NCBI RefSeq assembly: GCF_041146345.1
Contig: NW_027191409.1
Span: 1,240,001-1,304,000, forward strand
Length of the DNA stretch: 64,000 nt
Direction of reading: 5' to 3'
DNA from: Neodothiora populina
Lineage: Eukaryota
The notes beneath the pieces are model-generated. The model saw only the letters and a list, made by a program, of their open reading frames with translations, ran no database searches and was not told where the DNA came from. Of the stretch, positions 38,554 to 49,248 are shown one piece after another; the stretch's first letter is position 1; each line of letters begins with the position of its first letter. Both the position numbers and the translations under genes were made by a program.

Positions 38554-41500
38554 ATGTCTGCTGTAGACGCAGTCCCGTTACCGCAAGCCGACCCTTCCCG
38601 TGGCGGAGCAGCATCCAGAGGACGACGACCACGCAGACCGCGAGGGGAAAGATCGCCGAACACCAACACCCAGGAGTCCGCGTTACACCCCGAAACCCAG
38701 AGCCAGCCGTCACAGAGTCACACTGGCAGAAGGAGAGGCGTTGGCGCACGTGGACGCGGTGCAAGAGACGGACCTCTCGCCATGAGACCATCAAGCATCA
38801 CTCCCGCATCCACCGACCCATCCAGTGCTGACATCTCCTCTACTGAGACACCCAACCCAAACGCGAGACAGAGACAAGCAAGAGGTGGCCGAGGCGGAAG
38901 AGGTGGCAATACTAGAAACCGGGAACCCAGAGCAGAAAATCGGACGGTGAATGGAAGAGCGTTTGGTGGCCAACTCACCCAGGAATCTGCCTCGTCGACC
39001 GCCGCCGACCTGCAAGGAGACGCCGACGTCTTCGTGCCCGGTCAGTCACACTCGTCACAAGCATCCGCACACGTCCAACGTTCGCAAAGGAGAAGGTTAT
39101 CCAAGTCCACCGCCCCAGACATTGCCTCCCGCACACATCACGACATTGACAACGGCCACTACGAGTGCGCCATCTGCACTAACGAAGTACTACGTAACTC
39201 CAAAGTTTGGTCATGCAAGACATGCTGGACAGTCTTCCACTTGAGTTGTATCAAAAAGTGGTCTTCAAACGAGGGCTCTGCTGCTGCACGCCAGCAAAAT
39301 CTAGAGAGCGGTGACATTCCACCGCCGAGGCAGTGGAGGTGCCCAGGATGCAATTTGCCAAAAGATGTCCTGCCCAAGACCTACACTTGCTGGTGTGAGA
39401 AAGAGATCGAGCCTCGCTCCCTTGCCGGTCTGCCGCCCCATTCGTGCGGAAACTCCTGCGGAAAGGAACGAGTCCGGAAGTGTCCACACCCCTGCCAGCT
39501 TACCTGTCACGCCGGTCCGTGTCCGCCATGCACCCACATGGGGCCTACCCAGATGTGTTTCTGTGGCAAGCATGAGACAATAAGGAGGTGTCTTGACACG
39601 GATTACGAAAGTGGATGGAGCTGCGGAGAGGTTTGCGGCGATGCAATGCCTTGCGGCGAGCATACCTGTCCGAAGCCTTGTCACGAAGGCTTGTGCGGCG
39701 CCTGTGAAGTTCGAGTCGATGCTCGATGCTACTGCGGTCAAGTCGAGAAAGCTATCCTGTGCGCGGATCGCGGCGACGAGAAGCCCAGCGAGGTTCTCCA
39801 CAGTTCAGATGACGGCAAAGATGTCGTCGAGGAGTGGACAGGTCTATTCGAGTGCACAAACGCCTGCGAGCGTGCCTTCGATTGCATCATCCATCGATGT
39901 GGAAGGAAATGCCACCCTCAGGATGCCCAACCCAGCCACTGTCCTCGATCTCCCGACACCGTCACCCATTGTCCCTGCGGAAAGACCGCCTTATCTGACT
40001 TCTCTGAACAAGTACGGTCGTCCTGCGAAGATCCAATTCCCAACTGCAAAAGGCCTTGCTTGAAGCAATTATCATGTGGCCATGCGTGCGAGCAGCTATG
40101 TCACTCCGGCGAATGCAGGCCATGTTTGAAGCAGGTGCCTATCAAGTGCCGTTGCGGGAGAACTACGTCTATGACCATCTGTCACCAAGGTGTCGAGGAA
40201 CTACCGCAGTGCATGCGCATCTGCCGCGTTACCCTAAACTGCGGTCGCCATGCTTGCGATGAGAGATGCTGTACGGGCGAGCGCAAAGCCGCGGACCGTC
40301 TAGCCATAAAACGAAAGGGTCGGCCCATCGATGCTGCTCCACGGGCTATCGATGATGGCTTTGAAGCAGAGCATATCTGTACGCGCCCATGTGGTCGTCC
40401 ACTAAAGTGTGGAAACCACTTCTGCGAAGATTTGTGCCATAAAGGTCCTTGCGGTACATGCCGAGAAGCTATCTTCGACGAGCTTGCTTGCCACTGTGGC
40501 CGCACTGTGCTGCAGCCTCCTCTGCCATGTGGCACAAAACCGCCACCGTGTCGCTACCAGTGCAACCGGCCAAAGTCCTGCGGGCACCCGCAGGTCCAAC
40601 ATAATTGCCATTTGGACGATGAGAATTGTCCCAAGTGCCCGTTCTTGGTCGAGAAGAGATGCATGTGCGGGAAAAAGAACCTGAAGAACGTGCAATGCTG
40701 GTTGGAGAACGCCAGCTGCGGACAGGTCTGTGGCCAGAAGCTGAAGTGTGGTTCGCACTTCTGTCAGAAAATGTGCCATCGACCGGGAGAATGTGAAGAC
40801 GCAGCAGGACGACCCTGCCAGCAGCCTTGTGGCAAGCCCAAGACTGTTTGTGGTCACCCGGACGAGAACACTTGCCATGCTCCCTTCACTTGCAAAGAGG
40901 ATAAACCCTGTCCTCACAAGGTCATCATCACTTGCCCCTGTCAAGCACAGAAGCAGGAGATGAAATGCTATGCCTCGAAGACCAGCGAAGGGAATTTGTC
41001 AAAGTCTCTTTCGTGCAATGAAGAATGCGCAAGACTCGAGCGCAACAGGAAACTCGCCCTGGCTCTGAACATCGACAAATCAACGCATGTGGATGGAGGC
41101 GATCACATCCCGTACTCCGCCGAGACGCTTGCATTGTTTCAGGCACACCCCAAATGGGCTCAGAAGCAGGAACGTGAATTCCGTGTCTTTGCAGCAGCCG
41201 ATGACGAGAAGAGACTGCGCTTCAAGCCGATGAAGGCCAGTGAACGTCAGTTCATTCACCTCCTGGCAGAAGATTTTGGTTTCGATTCCGAAAGTATGGA
41301 TCCAGAGCCGCACCGCCACGTCCTCGTCTTCAAATCACCTCGCTTTGTCAGCGCACCGAACAAGATCATATCAGAATGTGTGCGCATCCGGGCTGCTCAG
41401 CAAGCTGCAGCTGGTAAAATCGCTGCAACCGAGAACGAAGCTACGAACAAGACCCGTGGCGCGAACGAAGTTGGCGAGCCTTACAACAGTTACATCATCA

Positions 41501-42219
41501 GTCGACCTCGATTTGGTTTGATGGTTGAAGAAATTAGAGGCGAGATGATGAAGGTCATCCCACACAATTCGCCTGTTCAGTTTGACATTGAGTTCTTACC
41601 GAACGAAGAGATCATATTGAAGGCTATGACGCGCGCGCTTGATCCTCAGGCTTTGGAGCAGTCGCTCCGGGAGTACAAGGCACCTCTCGCCACTGCTATC
41701 GCAGGCAAATTACTCGGCAGCCTCCAGCTCTGTCATACCGACACTTCTCTCAATGTCACCCGCCGAGAATCCGACAGTGGCCCTGGTGATGGCTGGTCGC
41801 GAGTCGCCGCAAAGGGCGCTGCTCCCAAGCGGCTCATACCTCAATCGAACCTGGTAGGTAGGAACACTTTCTCAGCCTTGGGAGGAGAGTCAGGAAAAGT
41901 CACTTTCAGTGCCAAGAAGAAGAAGCCTGTCAAGGTTGTGGAGCCCGTCGCCGACGACTGGGAAGCTGCCGAGATCGAGGAGGAGGAGAAAGAGAAGGTT
42001 GCCAGTGGTGCCGCCAGCGGCGCCGAGGACGACTCTAGACCAAGTGAAGCTGCCGTTCCCTCTGAGATGGAGGCTGAAGTAGAGAGTGCTCCTACGGAAG
42101 CGCAAGCTTCTGTAGTCAGTGACGAGGGTGAACACTCCGGTAGCCATGTTCCTCCGACTGTCGATCCAGCTAATGTGGCCGAGGGTGCTGTTGTGGAGCC
42201 AGCTACCTTGGCAGAGTAG
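38554..42219 (+). CDS. FAP1: NF-X1-type zinc finger / R3H protein (Fap1-like)
   Basis: RING/PHD region (YECAIC...WSCKTCWTVFHLSCIKKW...WRCPGC), many NF-X1 repeats (C.H.C...CH.GPC.PC) and an R3H domain (FKPM..ERQFIH.LAEDFG). Start placed at GCCATG 38554. Confidence 0.93.
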   Translation: MSAVDAVPLPQADPSRGGAASRGRRPRRPRGERSPNTNTQESALHPETQSQPSQSHTGRRRGVGARGRGARDGPLAMRPSSITPASTDPSSADISSTETPNPNARQRQARGGRGGRGGNTRNREPRAENRTVNGRAFGGQLTQESASSTAADLQGDADVFVPGQSHSSQASAHVQRSQRRRLSKSTAPDIASRTHHDIDNGHYECAICTNEVLRNSKVWSCKTCWTVFHLSCIKKWSSNEGSAAARQQNLESGDIPPPRQWRCPGCNLPKDVLPKTYTCWCEKEIEPRSLAGLPPHSCGNSCGKERVRKCPHPCQLTCHAGPCPPCTHMGPTQMCFCGKHETIRRCLDTDYESGWSCGEVCGDAMPCGEHTCPKPCHEGLCGACEVRVDARCYCGQVEKAILCADRGDEKPSEVLHSSDDGKDVVEEWTGLFECTNACERAFDCIIHRCGRKCHPQDAQPSHCPRSPDTVTHCPCGKTALSDFSEQVRSSCEDPIPNCKRPCLKQLSCGHACEQLCHSGECRPCLKQVPIKCRCGRTTSMTICHQGVEELPQCMRICRVTLNCGRHACDERCCTGERKAADRLAIKRKGRPIDAAPRAIDDGFEAEHICTRPCGRPLKCGNHFCEDLCHKGPCGTCREAIFDELACHCGRTVLQPPLPCGTKPPPCRYQCNRPKSCGHPQVQHNCHLDDENCPKCPFLVEKRCMCGKKNLKNVQCWLENASCGQVCGQKLKCGSHFCQKMCHRPGECEDAAGRPCQQPCGKPKTVCGHPDENTCHAPFTCKEDKPCPHKVIITCPCQAQKQEMKCYASKTSEGNLSKSLSCNEECARLERNRKLALALNIDKSTHVDGGDHIPYSAETLALFQAHPKWAQKQEREFRVFAAADDEKRLRFKPMKASERQFIHLLAEDFGFDSESMDPEPHRHVLVFKSPRFVSAPNKIISECVRIRAAQQAAAGKIAATENEATNKTRGANEVGEPYNSYIISRPRFGLMVEEIRGEMMKVIPHNSPVQFDIEFLPNEEIILKAMTRALDPQALEQSLREYKAPLATAIAGKLLGSLQLCHTDTSLNVTRRESDSGPGDGWSRVAAKGAAPKRLIPQSNLVGRNTFSALGGESGKVTFSAKKKKPVKVVEPVADDWEAAEIEEEEKEKVASGAASGAEDDSRPSEAAVPSEMEAEVESAPTEAQASVVSDEGEHSGSHVPPTVDPANVAEGAVVEPATLAE

Positions 42220-42639
42220 TAGTGTTACTCGAAGTAGTCTAGAGCTCGTATGTATCAAAACCAAGGTGTCGTCTCCACGAACCGCACAAGATTCCTACAT
42301 CTCGCAGGTCATATCCAGCATACATCTGACCAAAAGGTATCATCAGCTAAGGTATAAATAAGCAGCCCACTTCAATTCAGATCAAATCAACCGAAGCATA
42401 AAAAGCAGAGTCCGTGACTACCTGACCCGTAATCTCAGGAGGTGAGGTTCTACCTTGCACGTTAGAATCCCGCTCCTTCCCTTTTGTAAGAACACGCAAC
42501 TTCACAGCTCGAATCCTCACCCAAAGCACCTACCTTCCAAAACAGAGAGAAAGAGCGGAGCAAAGATGCCTCCCTGCTCTAATCACCTGAAATATCTTGC
42601 GATCCTCAACCTTGCAACGCATTCCATTTCAAAACCATA

Positions 42640-45600
42640 ATGACCTCTCAACAACACACTGTCGTTTCCTTACACGGCAGATCATCCCAGATGATCTCAG
42701 CCATAGAGTGCAGTGATCGACCGACGCCGCCACGGCACCCTTTCTCTCCCTTCCCTCGCTCGGAAAATCAGAACTCGGTCTCGGTCGCCCAGCAGCCCGT
42801 CCTAGTCTCTGTTCCGCGCTCTCAGTCTCATGCTTCTGTTTCTGTTGTTGAGGACTCTATGAGGGGTGTTGAGGCTTCGCCTGAGCTGGGAGAGAATGGT
42901 GCTGGTGAGAGGAGGGAGGGGTTTGAGACTGTTGTTGACGTGGTGGGAGTGGATGAAAAAGTATCGAGGGTGGAAAAGGGGACTGTCTGTGGGAATACTG
43001 GTGCTGCTGAGGGTGGAGAAGGGATCGCTGATGCTGATTTGAGGGGGAAAAGTGTTTCCTTCGATCTTGCCGAGGAAGTCGCTACTGATGCAAATACGAA
43101 GGGGAAAAGTGTTTCTATCGCTCGTGCCAGGGTTGCACGCTCGCCGAAGTTGTCTTCTGCTCGCAGGCTCCAGCAGAGTCGGGACGCGAGAGCGGCAGCA
43201 GCATGGAAAGCAGTCGTTGAGCAGGGCATTTGTACGCCTGTGCGGACGTCCGAAGCCGTGAAAATGAGGACAGTAGATGTCACAGATCGTCACGAGAACA
43301 AAACTGTCATCAACGATGCTGACAGGAGTGGAACTACTCAACCGCCTAGATTGGCCTTGCGACGTTCTATGAAGGGTGGACCTAGGCTTCAAAAAGACAC
43401 CACAGAAACAGCCACTGATCAACCAGTCTGGGATGTTCCTGTTAGTCCTCAGGGGGTTCTTGGTCGATCACCAGTGATCAGCCATACTAAAACTCAGCAT
43501 GCAGTCGTAAAACGCAAAGGGGCCATCAAGAGCAAAAAGAAACACGTGGTTCATAAGACCGATTCAGATGACGAAGACGATATTGACACAAATTATCACC
43601 ACAAGGCCACCATAACGCCCATCGCTAGCGGAAGAACTACTCGTGCCTCTCGCAACCCAGGGATATTGCTTGAATTGAGCCACTCCAAGAGAAAGGGCGC
43701 GCAGCAACAGATACGACCCCAGTCAGTCCGTGACTTTGAATCAGTTGTTTCCGAACAAGTACCGTACCAAGTCCCACTTGTCGTTGCCGACGAAAAAGCG
43801 TTGACATCTGTCGAGGCCAGACAGCCGCCGGACAACGAGATCGAAGTTGAGCCTAAGCATGCGGACAATGACAAGGGAAGATTGGAGCAACCAGTTTCGG
43901 ACCCAGGAGTGACCCAAGACAATCCTGTGGTTTTGGGTGGCAGTAGAAGCTCCTCAAGTACTCCAAGTAGTGTTTCGTCAAGAGGTGCTGGCGAAGACAC
44001 AGGGTACACAGCTCAAGAACCAGACTCGGCGGCCTTACGACAGGATCCTACCATACCACATCCAGATATTGATCCAGCAGCGCGAAAAGCGGTTGACAAC
44101 CAACCAAGCAACACTTACACAGTAGAGGATATCCGTGGAGCGGAGCGTGAGATACACATGAACAAGGCTCATCTGATCCATTTTAGTCAAGGTGGCGCTC
44201 GGAATCAAGGTGTTGTGCGGCCGGAAGCAACTGTTGCACCTATTCCCGAAGATTCTGATGCGTATGGAGGTGAGGGGGAGCTCGAAAGGCCAGATTTGCA
44301 GCCTGCACGAGCCTGTAGCAATGCTACGGAGGCGATGATGCAGCTCTTGAACAGCAGCGTAAAGCGCCGTCGTGCCGTACTTCCTCGAGTACATCCTGCG
44401 GTCGTGAATCACCGTACCGATGCACTCCCTGTGTTCGATCATGAAACAACCGCCGTTGAAGATGCTGCAGCGGCGCAATCTTCAATCTCCCTCGAGATTC
44501 CTGCGACGCCACCTGTATCAAAATCAGTAGACCGGCCAGCAGCTGCTGTAAAGATGTTCTCAATGGAGTCTGATTCATCACCTCAGCAATGGACCCCTGC
44601 AGAAAGGAAAGAGGTGGATTCGACTTCAAACCACTCAGAGACGAAGGCAACAACCAAGCTCCACGCAATAGCGCGAGAGACGCCAGTTACTCCGTCTAAA
44701 AACTGCGGTGCGATGAATACGCAAGCCGAGCCTGGTTCAAGAACCAATCGAAGAGCATCTCAACATCAGGATGAATCTCCCAACTCAGTAATCATGGCAG
44801 AACTCCCCGAAAACAATGTCTTCGCACCACGATCATCAGGGCTCATCGACATTGTCGTTCACCAGCCAAGCCCTAGACAAAACATCCCCACTTCCGCAGG
44901 AAAGACAAAAACATCACCTGATGGAGAAGAGGCTAATAAAGAGCAAGAGATCAATTTAGCAAAAGTGATAGCTCCTCATTTCTCAGAGGTTGTCTCGACT
45001 TCTGATATCCCTGCTGGAAAAGTGCTAGATGTCGCAAAGCAAAGCCCGAATGAGCGGGACGGCGACGATCCCGAAGTCGAAGAGGTCCGAGACGCATCTG
45101 TCAGCGAATCTTCACCAGTCAATGACGATCGCCTAGTAGCTGCTCATCTTCCGAGAGAGATTGCCACGGATGCAGAAGTTGGCCACAAGCGGCACAACAA
45201 CAGCACTGAGACCTCACCAGCGAAGCGCTTGAAGCGTGGTCCGGACCGAGCTATGGGTCCACACACATTCCAGGCCGCCGTGGATCGCAAGGCCAGATCT
45301 GCGCGGTCACCGAGGCGCCGAGTAACCGAAGGCGGCTCACCTATTAGTCACACGCCAAAAGATGCGTTTGTACCATTCGAACTTGATGCCAGAGACGAAA
45401 ACTTGGCTATAAGGTCGCCCCAAATCTCGAGCACATACTTTCCCATAAGAAGAAAGTCCCGAGCTTCGCCAATTGGTTTGACGAACAGCACTGTGGATAA
45501 CGGCAATCCTTCACTGATAGGCGGCAAAGGTGTAGATGCCATAGAGCTGCCTTCTCAGATTCATCGAAGCCCTAGCGCCATTACTCATCGTGAGTTGCAT

Positions 45601-46260
45601 GACGAGGTTGGTGACAAGGATCGAAACCAGCAGCCAGCTGAGTTACAACTTGGAAGTGCCAAAGCTCAAGGAAAATTGTGCCCCGCTCATATTTCAGATG
45701 GTGTTCCAACCACTGTACAAGCGGAATGTGGTGCTGGAGATCATAATCGAACTATGGCTGCGGATGAGGCCAGTGGTGCACTGCGAGGGGGGACCCAAGC
45801 CGAGAACAACGTCGAGGAGTCGACAGCCAGAGACATATCTCAGGAACTTCCAGACAAACAGGCAAAAACAGACTCTCTGGTCAGCAGCTTTGAACAGCGC
45901 ATGCAAGTTGCTGCGTCCCACCAGCGTCCAGTATACGATGTCCTTTTCCGGATGGGACACGAACTTGTGAAGCCTCTCGTCGACGCCGAAACAGCCACCA
46001 GGAAAATGTTCGAGAACTACTATCAGGACTGTACCAGACTCGTCGAAGAAATGGAGGCGTCACGCGAGCGAATGCTGCAGCAATTTGTCAAGGGGACCAC
46101 TGCTTCGAAGAATGAACTGGAAGTGGGCTACAAGCAAACTGTAGAGCGGCTGGGAAATGACATGAAGAACGTCGAGCTTAGTCGAATCGATTATAGGAAA
46201 GAGATGCGACAACGAGCTGACGTACCGACTAAGCTTGCTTTCCTACAGGACTTTCTATGA
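42640..46260 (+). CDS. Hypothetical 1206-aa largely disordered protein with a predicted C-terminal coiled coil
   Basis: 3.6-kb uninterrupted ORF, S/P/E-rich, with a helical-looking final ~130 aa. I recognise no catalytic motif. Confidence 0.75.
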   Translation: MTSQQHTVVSLHGRSSQMISAIECSDRPTPPRHPFSPFPRSENQNSVSVAQQPVLVSVPRSQSHASVSVVEDSMRGVEASPELGENGAGERREGFETVVDVVGVDEKVSRVEKGTVCGNTGAAEGGEGIADADLRGKSVSFDLAEEVATDANTKGKSVSIARARVARSPKLSSARRLQQSRDARAAAAWKAVVEQGICTPVRTSEAVKMRTVDVTDRHENKTVINDADRSGTTQPPRLALRRSMKGGPRLQKDTTETATDQPVWDVPVSPQGVLGRSPVISHTKTQHAVVKRKGAIKSKKKHVVHKTDSDDEDDIDTNYHHKATITPIASGRTTRASRNPGILLELSHSKRKGAQQQIRPQSVRDFESVVSEQVPYQVPLVVADEKALTSVEARQPPDNEIEVEPKHADNDKGRLEQPVSDPGVTQDNPVVLGGSRSSSSTPSSVSSRGAGEDTGYTAQEPDSAALRQDPTIPHPDIDPAARKAVDNQPSNTYTVEDIRGAEREIHMNKAHLIHFSQGGARNQGVVRPEATVAPIPEDSDAYGGEGELERPDLQPARACSNATEAMMQLLNSSVKRRRAVLPRVHPAVVNHRTDALPVFDHETTAVEDAAAAQSSISLEIPATPPVSKSVDRPAAAVKMFSMESDSSPQQWTPAERKEVDSTSNHSETKATTKLHAIARETPVTPSKNCGAMNTQAEPGSRTNRRASQHQDESPNSVIMAELPENNVFAPRSSGLIDIVVHQPSPRQNIPTSAGKTKTSPDGEEANKEQEINLAKVIAPHFSEVVSTSDIPAGKVLDVAKQSPNERDGDDPEVEEVRDASVSESSPVNDDRLVAAHLPREIATDAEVGHKRHNNSTETSPAKRLKRGPDRAMGPHTFQAAVDRKARSARSPRRRVTEGGSPISHTPKDAFVPFELDARDENLAIRSPQISSTYFPIRRKSRASPIGLTNSTVDNGNPSLIGGKGVDAIELPSQIHRSPSAITHRELHDEVGDKDRNQQPAELQLGSAKAQGKLCPAHISDGVPTTVQAECGAGDHNRTMAADEASGALRGGTQAENNVEESTARDISQELPDKQAKTDSLVSSFEQRMQVAASHQRPVYDVLFRMGHELVKPLVDAETATRKMFENYYQDCTRLVEEMEASRERMLQQFVKGTTASKNELEVGYKQTVERLGNDMKNVELSRIDYRKEMRQRADVPTKLAFLQDFL

Positions 46261-46817
46261 GTAGCAACGATGGTATGATTGTGTATCTTCACTTCCTGCT
46301 CATTGCGAGCCATACATGTTATGACCAGCTTTGGTCTTCGACGCCTGCTTCATGTTCCTTTATATATAATTTATCATTGTCGATCAGCGACAAGCATAGA
46401 CAAGCATGTATCGGACTCGTCTCGCGTTGCACATTGTAATTACTGTAGTTCTCATATGAAACTCTCCACATCCAATTGGCGGAGTGAAGCAAGGACCCCG
46501 TCTGTTCTACAGATCAAGAGCCGATCCCCCCACGTCAATTGTGGACCCTTGAAACACGTCACCTATCGGGGCCGGAGCGCGGTTTATGTGTGCTTGTTCT
46601 GGAGCGCCATCGAGGCGCCTTGGTTGATGTGTTGAGTTCATTCTTACAGACTCGTCTTTTCTTTATTACTTACCTACATACCTCAAGTCCTCAACTATAA
46701 AAGGTAGTCGCGCAACTTGATACACGAAACACAGGGTCGTAATATCGACACCACCACAGCCAATCCATTCTCAATCTCAACCTCCGAACACGACGTCATC
46801 TGCAGAACACTACAAGG

Positions 46818-48139
46818 ATGTCCTCGGGCTTCCACCCTTTCGGTGGACGTGTCAGCCGAAGATTCGGCGCTGAGGTACGCGACGAGAATGAGTTGTGCTT
46901 GCATTCGAGAAGAGAGACTCGGTAGTCTATCCCAATGGCTACTTTGGTCGATTTACCATCTCCCGCATGTTTCCGTCTGAAGACTCACGGCCCCTCATCG
47001 ATAATAGCGAACACAGTATACTTGGCGCTAACATGAGGGACCTTCGATAGCTGGCTCCAGACGATGCATATCTCTCCTGTAAGTAGCAAGACTGTTGTCG
47101 AATGAGACGTGGAAGTAGTGCAGATACAAATCGCTGATTGAGTTTACCAGATCATGATATTCGATGTATGTTACGCTAACCCAGCAACGACCCGGGACAA
47201 TGGCTGATGCGCAGGATGCAGTAACAAGAGAAGATATCGATTGTATAAAGAATGATTGGCTTACGGATAATGTACGTACTTTGAGACTCAACCACAACCA
47301 TAGTCCGATTTGGTGGCTACAGTGCAATGGGTTCAATGGATCCCCTTCCAATCTGGCGCTGATAGGTAAATCGCAAAGGCCATCGCATTCTGGGAAGAAT
47401 ACCTCGAGCATGAGAAGCTGTCAAAATTCCCCAAGGCACACATCTGTCTCCTACGTCCGAGTATGGCCTTCCTCTTGCTACAGACGCAAGATCCGCTTTC
47501 CTTGAAATCCGCCCTGCCAGACTTCACATACACCACCCACATCTTCCTTCCGGTCAACGACTGTCGCGCAGTCGATGTAGCAGAAGGTGGCTCTCACTGG
47601 TCACTTTTGCTTGTTTCGATCATCGATGGAGTCGCGTTCCACTATGACAGCTTATTACCGAACAACCTAAACGAAGCCAAGCTGCTGAGTCACCGCATCA
47701 GTCACTTGTTGGGCAAGCCCTTACGATTCATAAACTTGGAAGACTCGCCTCAACAAGAGAACGGTAGCGACTGTGGTGTGTTTGTTTGCCTCCTCATGCA
47801 GCATCTGCTATTAAGCAGGCTGTTGCACGCGAACGCGAATGAAAAGATCAGCATGAGTATGAAAGGAAAGGACATTGACGCTACCGGAGGTCGAAAGGAG
47901 ATGATCCGCGTCATTGAGATGTTCAGAAAAGAGGGTGAAAGACGAAGATCGTGAGTCCAGCCCCCTGCCTCCTACATGTCGACTGTTCTGTTCCTTGACT
48001 TTGACCTTCGAACTTTTCGTTATGCAGTGGTAATAGGCTGAGTAAGAGCTCTGCTAACCAAGTGGTTCGCGCGTGAAGGAATTCTGGACACCGCAAAAGC
48101 ATAGACTCCAAATCACCTCCCCGTATTGGTGATGACTGA
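46818..48139 (+). CDS. DEN1: NEDD8-specific protease Den1/SENP8 (Ulp1 family); exons 46818-46874, 47051-47078, 47151-47165, 47222-47271, 47379-47950, 48079-48139; ~260 aa
   Basis: PDDAYLS|YHDIR|LT...DWLTDN|AIAFWEEYLE, GGSHWSLL, HYDS and QQENGSDCG (catalytic H/D/C). The exon sum is in frame. Confidence 0.92.
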
Positions 48140-49248
48140 TGGACCGACGGCAGTCTTGTCCTTTCCTCAGTTCCCGATCTCTTACAAGGAATGCATGCAA
48201 TCGTGTCATGATTTCCTTCCATCAATATGCAGTCGTAGATGAGGTAAAGACTCCATGGTCTCACGACAAAGAATGAAAAAACAGCCGTATATGAACGCGA
48301 AGCATCGATGCGGCTCTTCATTCAAGCTCCAGTGATTCCTTTGCTAGCAATCTTGTTGACACTGGCAACATCACTGTAAATATTGATTCCAAGCCTGTCT
48401 ATCTCATCTTCGCAAAGATCGCCCTTTTATGCCTCGAACATATAATATTTTACATGTCCCAGAGTCACGGCAATCATTGCAGATGTACTAATTATAAGTA
48501 TCTTCACGAACGATGTTTGTGGAATGCCAATTCGCGGGGTCCTTTCGCGTTCGCAATGACCAAACCATGGATTCGCAGACGCATTCTCTATGAGTAAGGC
48601 TGAGAAGTCTCGACTTGTTTTACACATACATCGCATAGCCACAGTCACGAGGATATCTTACTGTTGACCATCATCCAGGTTGACCCAGCCAACCAGGCGA
48701 GCCAGATCGTACCAACAGCTTGTGTAGAAATGTATGATCTGCGACTTGATACCAGCCCCATACCCCACAGGTACCTGGAGCTTTGGACGAAACCAAGCTC
48801 AAGTAGGATTCGCCCAGAAGAGCTCCAAGTCAATCAACTTCTAACGATCCCTGCGTGTCTCGTCCATCGACGGTCCCTGCTGCACGCATGCTGTCTTGCT
48901 ATGTTGCTTGTATCGTCCAATCCCACATCGCTGCCATGTCTGCCAAGGGAACAGACTTATCACCCCTCACCCATTGGATTCAATGTATCATCCAAAAGGT
49001 GGGCAGGATGCGTTATCTCTGAAGCTGCACTGTATATACATACCTTTTTAGCCTTTGGGCCAGTCACATTCGGATCCATCGCTGCTGACAGGTGACAAGG
49101 TAGGTTGCCGCCTGAATGATGTACAACATCTAGCCAAATTCAGACATGCTGCGGCTCGCCTGACGTCCTGTGCAACTATTTCTCCCCTTCGGTTCCCGAA
49201 CTTATAGTCGTCTGTCATTCTTCTTTTGGGACCTCTTGATAACTGACT

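Noticed and set aside
32517..48139. UBC9 and DEN1 as a possible ubiquitin-like modifier cluster
   Set aside because: They act on different modifiers (SUMO versus NEDD8) and are separated by unrelated genes.
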